A DNA stretch of 64,000 nucleotides, from NCBI GenBank assembly GCA_035457005.1, contig DATICB010000001.1, positions 3,246 to 67,245 of the forward strand, in the 5' to 3' direction. Position 1 is the stretch's first letter; the number at the start of each line of letters is the position of its first letter. The notes below the pieces were generated by a model. The model had not been told where the DNA came from, did not search any database, and saw only the letters and a program-made list of their open reading frames with translations. Of this stretch, positions 44,622 through 54,979 are shown in pieces. Source of the DNA: Patescibacteria group bacterium (lineage in GTDB: Bacteria; Patescibacteriota; Microgenomatia; Levybacterales; UBA12049). Made by a program: the position numbers and the translations under genes.

Positions 44622-44963
44622 GTGGATAATTCACAATTTGTCTGTCCTGTGTGCGGGAGTATAACTGCTCCAGATGATGTCTTTTGCAGTCACTGCGGGA
44701 CAAAATTAAATAGAGTTGTTGCAATTGGTTGGGTGAGACAGATCTGGATTTACTTTGTCAGCTTTTTTCTGCCGCCATTTGGGCTTATTTGGACATGGAA
44801 ATATCTTCGTTCGGACAAACCACCTCTTAAAAGAATTGGGTGGATTTCGCTTCTTCTTACTGTTGTTTCAATTATTCTCACCGCTTGGGTGACTGTTGGA
44901 TTTTTTCAGGGAGTATCGAGTCAAATTAATTCTGTAAGTAATTATTCTAATTTGGGATTATAA
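44622..44963 (+). CDS. Zinc-ribbon membrane protein
   Basis: CPVCG...FCSHCG plus two hydrophobic segments. Confidence 0.8.
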   Translation: MDNSQFVCPVCGSITAPDDVFCSHCGTKLNRVVAIGWVRQIWIYFVSFFLPPFGLIWTWKYLRSDKPPLKRIGWISLLLTVVSIILTAWVTVGFFQGVSSQINSVSNYSNLGL

Positions 44964-44966
44964 AAG

Positions 44967-45203
44967 TTAATTTCTTCGTCCTCGACACTGTCCTCTTTGA
45001 GCCACTGCAATCACACTAGTTGCAATTTGTTCGGTGGTTGGAGTGCTGCCATCCCTTGGTTGTGCTCGAATAACGCCTTCTGTATAGCAATTTCGTGAAA
45101 GACCTCTAACACAGACAGAACCAACACAGGCACCAAATGTTGTTGGTGTTGTTGTGTCATCACTCCAGATTGTTGCTGGACCCTCCTGCGTTGCGTATGC
45201 CAT
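44967..45203 (-). CDS. Orphan 4-Cys small protein
   Basis: TATAAT 6 nt upstream of the ATG. Confidence 0.55.
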   Translation of the reverse strand: MAYATQEGPATIWSDDTTTPTTFGACVGSVCVRGLSRNCYTEGVIRAQPRDGSTPTTEQIATSVIAVAQRGQCRGRRN

Positions 45204-45303
45204 TGAAGCATTATATAAGAGTCCTATATTTATTTCAATACATATTGTATTTGCATTGCAGTTTTGACTTGACCTGGTTTTCTTTTCATGAAATAGTTAT
45301 GGT

Positions 45304-45744
45304 ATGGTCAAGCTGCCGAAATCTCTGACAAGAGTTACTTCATTTTCCAAGCTTGTTGCGCTTTTTGTTATTTTGGGATTTTTGCTCGGCGCATTTTATG
45401 CAGGAATTCTTTTCCAGAAAAATTACGGCTCTTTGTCGTTAGGATTAGCTCCAACACCAACGCCTTTTGCATCCGATGAAAATGCATGCACATCAGACAG
45501 TGATTGTGTGTTGGCAGATTTGTCTTCGCAAGGACTTTGCTGTCCCAATACCAAGTGTGCTGATTTTTCTCAAGAATCAGTGAGAGCAGTGAGTAGCGCG
45601 TGGCTCACCAATCACACCTTTAATCAGTGCAAGGGAAGAATGTGTCCGATGATTATGGTAATATGTACAAGAAATATTACCGAAGAAAATAAACACTACA
45701 ATGCGAAATGTATTTCTCATGTTTGTACTAAAGTGCGAAGTTAG
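45304..45744 (+). CDS. Membrane-anchored Cys-rich exported protein
   Basis: N-terminal TM, CTSDSDC...CC...C pattern. Confidence 0.75.
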   Translation: MVKLPKSLTRVTSFSKLVALFVILGFLLGAFYAGILFQKNYGSLSLGLAPTPTPFASDENACTSDSDCVLADLSSQGLCCPNTKCADFSQESVRAVSSAWLTNHTFNQCKGRMCPMIMVICTRNITEENKHYNAKCISHVCTKVRS

Positions 45745-45791
45745 AAAAGCCTTGTAATTCTTTTTGACATAGCATCACCAGATGCCTATAA

Positions 45792-46610
45792 TTGCTCCTT
45801 GTGGAACATATTACCGTTGCTTGTACTTCTGATTGGCATGTGGGGAGCCCCAATATAAAAGGGGATTTTCCCTCAGAGGAAGAATTAAGGGAGTCTTTGA
45901 GGAGAGCCCTTGAGGAAAATGTGGATGCCTATATCCTTGCTGGCGATATAGTACATAGGGGTTCGAGCAAAGCCGCAAATTATGCGGTGGAGATTATTAA
46001 GCCATTTATAGAACAGGGACTTACCGTGATTGCCATCAATGGAAATCATGACCTTGATCGTGGTACTGATACGTCTGTAGTAAGTACTATTTTTAGTGCA
46101 AATGGGATTACCATGCTGGAGGGAGAATCCTATCTACTGCAAAGCAAAGACGAAAAGCGATCACTGACGATTATTGGTGTCAGTGCGGAAACAGGACAGA
46201 AGAATAATCAGTGGTGGCAACACCCTGAGGGAAAAGAAAAAGGGTGGGAGGCTGCGCTTGCAGCAGCAACCCCGCATGTTGCAGATTTACAAAGAGAACT
46301 GGAGCAGTCGCAAACAGAACAGGTGCTGTTAGTAACGCATAGGGGGATTATTGCAGAGACAGTTGGCACTGCAGCACGAAGAGGTGAAAAATTTTCTCCC
46401 CAGGTGGCTCAATTTGCGCCAATCATTAATGAATTTGCAAGGCGCGGTAAGGAAATTACCGTGGTGCATGGGCACGATCACACAACAGGGAGTGAATGGG
46501 AAGGATTCCCAGAGGGGACAACAGAAGCAGGGGTTTTGGTGTACAATGTAGCAGCCCCTGTCAGAAGGCGCTTGGGGCGTTCTCTTGAAAAGCGGCTAGT
46601 TTTCCCATGA
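45792..46610 (+). CDS. Calcineurin-like metallophosphoesterase
   Basis: SDWH, AGDI, GNHD, TH, HGHDH. Confidence 0.9.
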   Translation: MLLVEHITVACTSDWHVGSPNIKGDFPSEEELRESLRRALEENVDAYILAGDIVHRGSSKAANYAVEIIKPFIEQGLTVIAINGNHDLDRGTDTSVVSTIFSANGITMLEGESYLLQSKDEKRSLTIIGVSAETGQKNNQWWQHPEGKEKGWEAALAAATPHVADLQRELEQSQTEQVLLVTHRGIIAETVGTAARRGEKFSPQVAQFAPIINEFARRGKEITVVHGHDHTTGSEWEGFPEGTTEAGVLVYNVAAPVRRRLGRSLEKRLVFP

Positions 46611-46624
46611 GCGAGGAGATAAAT

Positions 46625-46912
46625 CTATTGTAGCCCCACGCAATCAATTTTTGGAAAAGCACCTCTTATATACCCCCAAAATGTATCGGACGTTTTGCTA
46701 GAAAATTTGCCATATTTTCCGCCCTCTGACTGACTGCAGAGCATATTTTCGTACCGCCTAATTATTTTTAATACGTCTTCGCCCAATTCATTTAAGTGAG
46801 TCTGAAATTTTTTTGCATCCAAAGCATATTGATCGTGAACAATTTTAAATGCGTCAAACAAATCTTTATGATTTTCCATCATGTCGTGAAAGTATTGCTG
46901 TGATTTTGTCAT
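46625..46912 (-). CDS. Hypothetical protein
   Basis: 95-aa ORF. Confidence 0.65.
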   Translation of the reverse strand: MTKSQQYFHDMMENHKDLFDAFKIVHDQYALDAKKFQTHLNELGEDVLKIIRRYENMLCSQSEGGKYGKFSSKTSDTFWGYIRGAFPKIDCVGLQ

Positions 46913-46977
46913 AGTGTATGTTTGTTATGAAAATAAAGTATAGCAACGAAAGAGTGAGTCGATCAAGGGGGTGAAAA

Positions 46978-47355
46978 TTAACTAAATTGTGCAGCAAATT
47001 GGTCTGCTTCGTTTTCTTGTCGTTGAATTGCTTGTTTGGTCTGTTTGACAAAAATATTATTTTTATGTTTTAAAATAACATGGCCAATTTCGTGTGCAAT
47101 AGACCAATGAATTTGTTCTTCATCCTGATTGAGGAGATCGTCACTTAAAAAAATAAGATGTTGGTCAAGCAAGTCGTTACCTGTAAAAACAAATCCCCAT
47201 GCATCTTCCATAGAGCCGACAAACCAAACATATTTTGTAATATATTTTTGCATCTCATCGGGGAGGCGGGAAGTGACTATGCAGACTTCTTCTTTTAGTC
47301 TTTTGGTGCCAACCAATCTTCCACCAAACGCTTTGCGGATTTCCAGTGGTGTCAT
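46978..47355 (-). CDS. HExxH metallopeptidase-like protein (ImmA/IrrE-like)
   Basis: IAHEIGH...ENEADQFA. Confidence 0.75.
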   Translation of the reverse strand: MTPLEIRKAFGGRLVGTKRLKEEVCIVTSRLPDEMQKYITKYVWFVGSMEDAWGFVFTGNDLLDQHLIFLSDDLLNQDEEQIHWSIAHEIGHVILKHKNNIFVKQTKQAIQRQENEADQFAAQFS

Positions 47356-47428
47356 GGATAAATTATATCATGGAAATTTTTGATACCTCTTGACAGAAGT
47401 AAAAAAGTGTGTGCATGATAGACATGGT

Positions 47429-47998
47429 ATGCTTCATAAAATCATTAAAAAGGTTGGTCCGGAGCTTCATATTTTTTTGAATGCAACAGTTCTTCTTTTT
47501 TGCATAGTCTTGGTGTTAGCAGTTGTTGTTCTTATTTTTAAACATGAAAAATTAAAAGCAGCAATGTATTATTTTGCCAACCAAGCAGCAATTGCGTCTA
47601 AGCAGCGATATATTGGCGCAGATGCAACAGAAGATGCGCAAATGTTGGCAACAACTTTGGCAAATGTTCCAGCAGGGAAAGTCTTGTTTGATGACAAAGA
47701 AAATTTACAACGTGTTGTTTCTCTTTTATCCAGACAAACAGGACGCGACATTGTCGTAATGGATACACATCAGACCATTTTGGCAGATAGCATCGCCGCT
47801 AATGTAGGAAAGACATATGCTTTTGGCAATGGCGTTGATGCAGCAACCATAAAAGATGGACAACCAAGAAGATTTATGGAAGAGAGTGCAGACTATCCAG
47901 GTGGTGTGGATGAAGTTGTTGTCGCAGTAAAAGATAGCGCGGGAAAAATTGTTGGAGCAGTAATCATGTCTACATCTCATATCTTCAACGATAACTAA
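47429..47998 (+). CDS. Membrane protein with Cache-like extracellular domain
   Basis: TM followed by IVVMD...ILADS...VVAVKD..GKIVGAV. Confidence 0.6.
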   Translation: MLHKIIKKVGPELHIFLNATVLLFCIVLVLAVVVLIFKHEKLKAAMYYFANQAAIASKQRYIGADATEDAQMLATTLANVPAGKVLFDDKENLQRVVSLLSRQTGRDIVVMDTHQTILADSIAANVGKTYAFGNGVDAATIKDGQPRRFMEESADYPGGVDEVVVAVKDSAGKIVGAVIMSTSHIFNDN

Positions 47999-48001
47999 GC
48001 A

Positions 48002-48625
48002 ATGAACAATAAATGGTTGTGGGCTATTGTTGGTATTTTAATCCTTTTTCTTGTTGGTGCATTTGCATATTATAAATTAGCCCTCAAATCTTCAGCGCCA
48101 ACCACAGTAGGAGAAAAACCCACTAGCGTTGTTGCTTCTATTCAGGATGCTCTTGCTAAAAATATGTCTTTGCAATGTCAATTTAGCTCAGATGATGGAA
48201 TTGCAACAGTGGCATACATAAAATCAGGCTCTATTAGAGCAAACACGAGTGTTGGTACAGCAAACGAAACAAACATGATTATGAAAGATAAAAAAATCTA
48301 TTTCTGGAAAACAAATGAAAAAACAGGAACACTTATGGCACTACCGAGTATTACCCTAACGCCTGTTCCACAAACAACAAAAGCAACAAGTTCATCTGAG
48401 CAGTCAAGTGATAGTTCGAATGTGCTTTCGATGTTAGAAAAATTTAAAGATGCGTGTAAAGTTGCTAGCATTGCAGATTCACTTTTTGTCCCACCAGCAA
48501 GTGTTACATTCCGTGACATGTCTGACATGATGAAACAAACAATGCCATCTGGAGCACCGACGGGAATGAGCCAACAAGATATTCAAAAAATGATGCAGCA
48601 ATATGCTACCCCCACAGGATACTAA
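48002..48625 (+). CDS. Membrane-anchored exported protein
   Basis: N-terminal TM, 207 aa. Confidence 0.75.
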   Translation: MNNKWLWAIVGILILFLVGAFAYYKLALKSSAPTTVGEKPTSVVASIQDALAKNMSLQCQFSSDDGIATVAYIKSGSIRANTSVGTANETNMIMKDKKIYFWKTNEKTGTLMALPSITLTPVPQTTKATSSSEQSSDSSNVLSMLEKFKDACKVASIADSLFVPPASVTFRDMSDMMKQTMPSGAPTGMSQQDIQKMMQQYATPTGY

Positions 48626-48679
48626 TCCACAGATTGTTGGTGTGTTCTCAAGTTTTACTGAGTAGGTTATAATGGATAT

Positions 48680-49255
48680 ATGCAGGTAGAAAAAATAAAA
48701 CGCGGTATTAAAAAATTTGCAAGAGTACGACTGCAAAAAATTCACCTAGATTGGATTGTTGGTATTTTATCTATCCCTGTATTAATAACTGCAATTGTTA
48801 TTAATTGGAGCAATCTTTCAGCCAAACATACAACAACAGTGCCAGCGACTCCATCGCCTCAGGTGATTATTGTTCCGCAAAATAATACAGGGGTTGTTCC
48901 AACATCTTCAACATGCATCAAAAGTGTTGGTCCAATTACAATTTCCTCGCCAACAGAAGGAGAGATTGTGAGCGATAATCCAGTTTGTATAACCATTGAT
49001 TACTCTGATCCTACATATTGTTCGGTAGTGTGGTCGTATCGCATTAATGGTGGTTCGTGGTCTGATTTTAATAATACCAGCCCCTGCTTATATAACTTGC
49101 CAAGTGGACAGGTAAGCGTTAATCTTCGGGTCAACAGCACTGTTTCATCCGATCAAAAATCTCTGACTCGAACCTTTACCTATACCGGATCAAATACTAT
49201 AACTACCACAGTGACACCAACACCAACAAATTCGGCTACATCTTCTGCGCACTAA
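48680..49255 (+). CDS. Membrane-anchored Ig-like protein
   Basis: TM plus ITISSPTEG...YRINGGSWS beta pattern. Confidence 0.7.
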   Translation: MQVEKIKRGIKKFARVRLQKIHLDWIVGILSIPVLITAIVINWSNLSAKHTTTVPATPSPQVIIVPQNNTGVVPTSSTCIKSVGPITISSPTEGEIVSDNPVCITIDYSDPTYCSVVWSYRINGGSWSDFNNTSPCLYNLPSGQVSVNLRVNSTVSSDQKSLTRTFTYTGSNTITTTVTPTPTNSATSSAH

Positions 49256-49326
49256 CATTGTTCTTTTAGCCTCGGAAAAATGTATTAACTTGAGATTCAA
49301 GATTGCCAGTGCTATACTATCAGCCT

Positions 49327-49698
49327 ATGGATGAAGAAGGCGGAGACAAAAGTAAATTAATTATCGGCATTGTTGTCGCAGTGATTATTCTTATTATTGG
49401 TTTTTTTGTTGTCAGAGGATTTTTAAGTAAAAAACCAACATCGCAAAAAACAGAGTCACTTCCATTTGTAGGAAAGACATCACCAACACCATCTGTTTTA
49501 CCAACACCTCTTCCAACAAAGGAGCAAACAACAAGTTCGTCAGGGTCTACAATATACAACACAACCAATGGTTCAACTTATTATTACTATCAATCACAAT
49601 CCAGCTCACAGTCAGATCAATCACAAAATCAAAATAGTGACTCGCAGTCTCAGTCACAAACGCTTCCTAACGGCATGACACAAAATCAAAATCAATAA
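49327..49698 (+). CDS. Membrane-anchored Ser/Gln-rich protein
   Basis: TM plus low-complexity tail. Confidence 0.7.
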   Translation: MDEEGGDKSKLIIGIVVAVIILIIGFFVVRGFLSKKPTSQKTESLPFVGKTSPTPSVLPTPLPTKEQTTSSSGSTIYNTTNGSTYYYYQSQSSSQSDQSQNQNSDSQSQSQTLPNGMTQNQNQ

Positions 49699-49771
49699 AA
49701 TACCTCTTGGTATATAGTTTTCTTATTTTTCATCTTGACGTCATTTTTTTACCTTATTATGATAATTGCAT

Positions 49772-50215
49772 ATGAAAAAAATTATCATTGGAGTTGTTGC
49801 GCTTGGTCTTATTGGCGCAGCAGCTTTTTTTCTTCGAAGACACTCAGACGATGAGACAATTCTTGGAGTACCAACACCAACGTTGGGTTTAACGCATGCC
49901 ACTCCAACGCCATCTTCCGCATCAGCTACATATAAAGATGGTGCGTATACAGGAGAAACAGTAGAAACAGATAGGGGATACGGACCAGTCCAAATTAAAG
50001 CAGTTATTAGTGGCGGAAAAATAACGGACATTATTTTCTTGCAGATGCCAAATTTACCTGGTCATACGACAGAAGTAACAGCATTTTCACAGCCCCTTCT
50101 TAAAGAAGAAGCAATTACTGCACAGAATGCTTCTATAGATACAGTGAGTGGCGCAACGCAAACAACAGAAGCATTTGAAAAATCATTAGCATCTGCGTTG
50201 GCGCTCGCAAAATAA
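49772..50215 (+). CDS. FMN-binding (flavinylated) exported protein
   Basis: YKDGAYTG, GKITDI, IDTVSGATQTT flavinylation motif. Confidence 0.9.
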   Translation: MKKIIIGVVALGLIGAAAFFLRRHSDDETILGVPTPTLGLTHATPTPSSASATYKDGAYTGETVETDRGYGPVQIKAVISGGKITDIIFLQMPNLPGHTTEVTAFSQPLLKEEAITAQNASIDTVSGATQTTEAFEKSLASALALAK

Positions 50216-50221
50216 CTCCCT

Positions 50222-50971
50222 ATGCGTCAAACAAAACTTCTTATGGGAATGCCCATAACAATTGAAATTGTCGACGACACTGTTTCAGAAAAAGATATTA
50301 AATCAATTTTTACTTTTTTTCAAGAAATAGATAATCGCTTTAGTACCTATAAAAAAAACAGTGAAATTTCAAAATTTAATAGGGGAGAGATTTCAGAAAA
50401 AAAATTGTCAAAAGACATGAAAAAAATATTTGCACTTTCTGAAAAAACAAAAAAAGAAACAAATGGATTTTTTAATATACAAAAGTCAGACAGGACAGTT
50501 GATCCATCGGGTTTGGTAAAGGGATGGGCAATTTGGAAAGCATCAGTGTTAGTTGGAAAAAAAGGTTTTCAAAATTTTTATATTAATGCAGGAGGGGATG
50601 TGCAAGTTGTTGGGTTAAATAAAGAAAAAAACCCATGGAAAATTGGTATAAAAAATCCATTCAATGAAAATGAAGTTATCAAAGTTGTTGGTCTAATCAA
50701 CAAAGGTATTGCTACGAGCGGAACCTATATTCGCGGCCAACACGTGTATGACCCTCATAATCCAAATTCAATACTTCAAGAAATCGTTAGCATGACTGTT
50801 ATCGGAAAGAATGTCTACGAAGCAGACCGTTTTGCAACTGCTGCACTTGCGATGCAAAGAAATGGAATTTATTTTCTTGAGAGACAGAAAGGTCTTGAAG
50901 GATATATGATAGATAAGAAAGGAATTGCGACATACACATTGGGATTTGAAAAATATGTTTCGTCTTCTTGA
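50222..50971 (+). CDS. apbE: FAD:protein FMN transferase
   Basis: DPSGLVKGWA, NAGGD, ATSG, H.YDP, AD.FATA. Confidence 0.92.
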   Translation: MRQTKLLMGMPITIEIVDDTVSEKDIKSIFTFFQEIDNRFSTYKKNSEISKFNRGEISEKKLSKDMKKIFALSEKTKKETNGFFNIQKSDRTVDPSGLVKGWAIWKASVLVGKKGFQNFYINAGGDVQVVGLNKEKNPWKIGIKNPFNENEVIKVVGLINKGIATSGTYIRGQHVYDPHNPNSILQEIVSMTVIGKNVYEADRFATAALAMQRNGIYFLERQKGLEGYMIDKKGIATYTLGFEKYVSSS

Positions 50972-52472
50972 CAGCTTTTTGGACAGTATTACCATGTACC
51001 GACTAACACTGTATGTGTTAATTGGATTAGTAAGTGGGGCAGTGGTCTTTTCTTTTTTTGGCATTCTTTCTTATTCACCAACAGGAATTTTGATCACTTG
51101 TTTGGTTCTTATTGGTAGCATGTGGATTGCGAATAAGCTTTTTGCATTTTTTTTGAAAGTGCCAACAAATGTTGAGTCTGTTTATATTTCTGCACTTATT
51201 CTTTCGCTTATTCTTTCGCCGGCTAAATCAACCCAAGAAATGCTTTTAATTATCGTAATAGGTTTTCTTGCTGTCTTATCAAAATTTCTTCTTTCAATAA
51301 GAAAAAAACATATTTTTAACCCAGCTGCAATTGCTCTAGTTATCAGTGGATTTTTTTTGCATTACTATGCAAGTTGGTGGATTGGCACTGCAATCATGCT
51401 GCCTTTGGTAATAATTGGTGGATTTTTGATTGTAAAAAAATTGCAAAAAACAATACTTGTTGTATATTTCCTTTTAGGTGTTTGTGCTGTAACAGCAATG
51501 TTCGCTCAGATTAGTGGTATCTCAATTGCTAGTAGTTTGTACTCGCTTTTTTTTGATAGTGCAATTGTTTTTTTTGCAACAATTATGCTCACAGAGCCGC
51601 TGACTGCACCACCAACAAAAAAATTACAAATAATGTATGGCGCACTCGTTGTCTTTCTTATTGATCCACATGCTCATGTGGGCAGTATCTATTCAACACC
51701 AGAATTGACTTTGGCTGTTGCTAATATTTTTTCCTATATTGTGAGTCCAAAGCAAAAACTTATTCTCAAACTGAAAGAAAAAATACACATTGGCATGGAC
51801 CAAATTGATTTTGTTTTTACCTCTCCAGAAAAAATAATATTTACGCCAGGACAATATATGGAATGGACATTGCAACATCCTCATACAGATAGCCGCGGGA
51901 ATAGGCGGTATTTTTCACTTGCGTCGTCTCCAACTGAAGACACGATTCGATTAGGTGTTAAGTTTTATTCACGTGGCAGTAGTTATAAAAAAGCACTTCA
52001 CGCATTTTCTGATCACGAGATAATTGTCGCTGGGTCACTTGCAGGGGATTTTACATTACCAAAAGATACAAAGAAAAAATTAGTTTTTATTGCTGGGGGG
52101 ATTGGCATAACACCTTTTCGGAGTATGACAAAATACCTTATTGATAGAGGAGAAAAGCGGGATATTGTTTTACTTTATTCCAATAAAATAGAATCGGAAA
52201 TTATGTACGAAGACATTTTTGCAATGGGACGTTCGATTGGGGTTACAGCTGTGTATACCTTGACCGATATAGACAATTTACCACCGCATTGGAAAGGAGA
52301 GACAGGTAGAATAAGTACAGACATGATTAAAAATAAAATTCCGGATTTTAAAAATAGGGAATTTTATCTTTCCGGACCGCACGATATGGTGACACGATTT
52401 GAGGAAACTTTACAGCAAATGGGGATTCATCAGTCACAAATTAAAAAAGATTTCTTCCCTGGATTTGTCTAA
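50955..52472 (+). CDS. RnfD/NqrB-like membrane domain fused to an FNR-type NAD(P)H flavin reductase
   Basis: HIFNPAA, IMLTEPLTAP; RYFSLASSP, IAGGIGITPF, YLSGP. Confidence 0.88.
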   Translation: MFRLLDSFLDSITMYRLTLYVLIGLVSGAVVFSFFGILSYSPTGILITCLVLIGSMWIANKLFAFFLKVPTNVESVYISALILSLILSPAKSTQEMLLIIVIGFLAVLSKFLLSIRKKHIFNPAAIALVISGFFLHYYASWWIGTAIMLPLVIIGGFLIVKKLQKTILVVYFLLGVCAVTAMFAQISGISIASSLYSLFFDSAIVFFATIMLTEPLTAPPTKKLQIMYGALVVFLIDPHAHVGSIYSTPELTLAVANIFSYIVSPKQKLILKLKEKIHIGMDQIDFVFTSPEKIIFTPGQYMEWTLQHPHTDSRGNRRYFSLASSPTEDTIRLGVKFYSRGSSYKKALHAFSDHEIIVAGSLAGDFTLPKDTKKKLVFIAGGIGITPFRSMTKYLIDRGEKRDIVLLYSNKIESEIMYEDIFAMGRSIGVTAVYTLTDIDNLPPHWKGETGRISTDMIKNKIPDFKNREFYLSGPHDMVTRFEETLQQMGIHQSQIKKDFFPGFV

Positions 52473-52528
52473 GGCATTTGATTTTCTCTGTCAAAACGCT
52501 ATGCTACAAAGGGGAGGTGAATTTTTAA

Positions 52529-52723
52529 TTGAGAGAATACACATTTATTTGCCCACTAGAAGGATGCGGTACGGTTTTGTCTATCCATGCAGATAATGCA
52601 GATCAGGGGCAAACACTGCTGACTGTAGAGGCAGAAAAGCATTTACGAGAAGTGCATCCAGATATTCACAAAACGCACGAAGAAGTTGCTTTGGATATTA
52701 AGTCACACATGCAGGAGAAATAA
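52529..52723 (+). CDS. Small putative metal-binding protein
   Basis: CP..GC...HLREVH; GGAGGTG SD before a TTG start. Confidence 0.65.
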   Translation: MREYTFICPLEGCGTVLSIHADNADQGQTLLTVEAEKHLREVHPDIHKTHEEVALDIKSHMQEK

Positions 52724-53140
52724 CTACTGTTTCTTCAGTTCAAGATTAAACGGTGCATCAATAGGTTTTGCATTTATATCAAGCATTTTTACCGCAGCTA
52801 CGTTAATAATTTGATAATAAGATGTCATTGATCCACTTTTTAATTGCAAAACCTGCATATGGTTTTTTTCCATTTGCTGCCATGTACCCTTTTCGGTAAA
52901 AGGTGCGCCGCGATCAATATATAAAGACTGTAATGTATAGGTATGATTGCCATTAAGTGTGAGTGTTGTTTTAATTCCCGCACAGTCTGCGCAGGGAAGT
53001 GTCCCCGAATAAACAGTGACCGAAGTGTATTGAAGGTAAAATCCAAATGCAAAAATCACAAGAAGAGCAGCTACTACATAGAAAAATCGTACAAAATGAA
53101 AAAACTTGAATTTCCTTATATGTTTTGATTGGCTGGACAT
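52724..53140 (-). CDS. NlpE/CutF N-terminal domain protein
   Basis: YSGTLPCADCAGI.TTLTL. Confidence 0.85.
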   Translation of the reverse strand: MSSQSKHIRKFKFFHFVRFFYVVAALLVIFAFGFYLQYTSVTVYSGTLPCADCAGIKTTLTLNGNHTYTLQSLYIDRGAPFTEKGTWQQMEKNHMQVLQLKSGSMTSYYQIINVAAVKMLDINAKPIDAPFNLELKKQ

Positions 53141-53305
53141 ATATTCATCAAATCACAGATAAAAGATGAATGTAAAGTCCCAAGATGTCTTTGGGACTTG
53201 CTGCCAAGGAAAGTATTTGGCTTGGCGAAAAAGAAAAAGCAGTCAAATAGCTCATAGGAATTTATTAGTTGTTTCTTTTTTGTAAATATTGATACAATCA
53301 AATCA

Positions 53306-54490
53306 ATGCTTAAAGAAAATCGGAACTTACTTATTATTGCCCTCATTGCTCTTGTTAATATGCTAGGGTATGGCATAGTTATTCCGATTTTGTATGCATA
53401 CTCCAAACATTTCGGATTGTCTGATTTTCAAAATGGCCTTCTTTTCGCCTCATTTTCTATTTGTCAATTCATTGCAACACCCATTATTGGAAGAATGTCG
53501 GATAAATATGGAAGACGTCCGTTGCTTTTAATCTCCATTACCGGGACGGCAGTTTCTTTTCTTCTTATGGCATTTGCACAAAATAGCCTTTGGCTTTTTG
53601 CGGCAAGAATGCTTGATGGGATAACTGCGGGGAATATTCCTGTTGCATTTGCGGTAATTTCTGATTCAACAGAAGTGAAAGACAGGCCTCGTGCGTTTGG
53701 CATTGTCGGTGCTGCATTTTCTTTTGGGTTTGTCTTCGGGCCTGCCATATCGGCTCTTACTCTTGGACTTGGTAGCAGTGTTCCGTTTCTTTTTGCTGCG
53801 GCAGTAACGATTATTGCAATTGTACTCACCGCATTATATTTACCAGAAACAAATAAACATCGTGGGGAAGTGTCACGCAAAAATTTGTTTGACTTTTCGC
53901 ACTTATGGCATGCGCTTTTTGATCCAAATATCGGGTCAACCTTTGTTATTTCCCTTATCTACTTCTTGGCTTTTTCCTGCGCAATTATTTACGGATTCCA
54001 GCCGTTTACCATGCATGTCTTGCATGTAAGCGCACAACAAAATGCTATCCTTTTTACTTTGTTTGGTGTCGTGGGTCTTATTTCCCAGACATTCCTGGTG
54101 CAGAGATTTGCAAAAATGTTTGGTCAGAAAAAAGCGTTCGCTATTAGTTTTTTATTGACAGCAATTGTTTTTTTCGTTATGTATTTAGCAAAAACACTGT
54201 ACTTTTTCGTTGGCGTTTCGCTTATCTTAGGCTTTGTTAACAGTGTTGCCCAGACACTGATTCCTTCAATTTTATCGCAGGAAGCAGACGCAAAGTCCCA
54301 AGGATCGATCATGGGATTAAATAGCTCGTATCAAAGCATTGGAATGATTATTGGCCCAATTCTCGGCGGTTTTGTTGCAACGATTGCTGTTCCATTGCCA
54401 TTTTTAATAGGAAGCATTCTCGCCATGATTTGTTTCTTCTTGGCCGTAAGAATTATTACCCACAAAGAAGCAAAAGAAACAGCTTTCTAA
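53306..54490 (+). CDS. MFS transporter, TetA/DHA1-like
   Basis: GRMSDKYGRRP, about 12 TM, GFVFGP. Confidence 0.92.
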   Translation: MLKENRNLLIIALIALVNMLGYGIVIPILYAYSKHFGLSDFQNGLLFASFSICQFIATPIIGRMSDKYGRRPLLLISITGTAVSFLLMAFAQNSLWLFAARMLDGITAGNIPVAFAVISDSTEVKDRPRAFGIVGAAFSFGFVFGPAISALTLGLGSSVPFLFAAAVTIIAIVLTALYLPETNKHRGEVSRKNLFDFSHLWHALFDPNIGSTFVISLIYFLAFSCAIIYGFQPFTMHVLHVSAQQNAILFTLFGVVGLISQTFLVQRFAKMFGQKKAFAISFLLTAIVFFVMYLAKTLYFFVGVSLILGFVNSVAQTLIPSILSQEADAKSQGSIMGLNSSYQSIGMIIGPILGGFVATIAVPLPFLIGSILAMICFFLAVRIITHKEAKETAF

Positions 54491-54915
54491 GGTCTATCGT
54501 CTGGAGCAATAACGACTACATTATCTGTTCTGTCTGGGGTTACAATCAATGTTCCACTTGGACCATCTCTTCCTCGTAAATCTGGACGCGGTGTCTGTCG
54601 TGGGCCATTGGTTTGGGCAAACGCATTCAAAAGTTGATGAACGCCATGAGGAACATTAATTTCAACAATTCTTCTGCCTGATCTTGTTGGGCGAGTTGGA
54701 AAAGGCTCTTCACCAGCTCTTTCCATGTTGCCAATTCGCGAGTCAACTTCTGTTTGGCCTACACCAAAGAGGCGACGGAATGCACCAACCGACATTCTTC
54801 CTCCAATGGGCCAGCTTTGTCTTCTTGCACCCCGTGATCCGTCGGGATTTCTGCCATATTCAATGACCACATGCACATAATAACACAGGATAGTCTCTGT
54901 TCTAAATATAATCAT
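54487..54915 (-). CDS. Orphan Arg/Gly/Pro-rich protein (start uncertain)
   Basis: Longest ORF in the gap. Confidence 0.5.
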   Translation of the reverse strand: MIIFRTETILCYYVHVVIEYGRNPDGSRGARRQSWPIGGRMSVGAFRRLFGVGQTEVDSRIGNMERAGEEPFPTRPTRSGRRIVEINVPHGVHQLLNAFAQTNGPRQTPRPDLRGRDGPSGTLIVTPDRTDNVVVIAPDDRP

Positions 54916-54979
54916 TAGGAGTTTAGTGCTGACAGCAAAGAGAATAACACTAGCAGGAGAAATTTGTTATACTTTTTAT

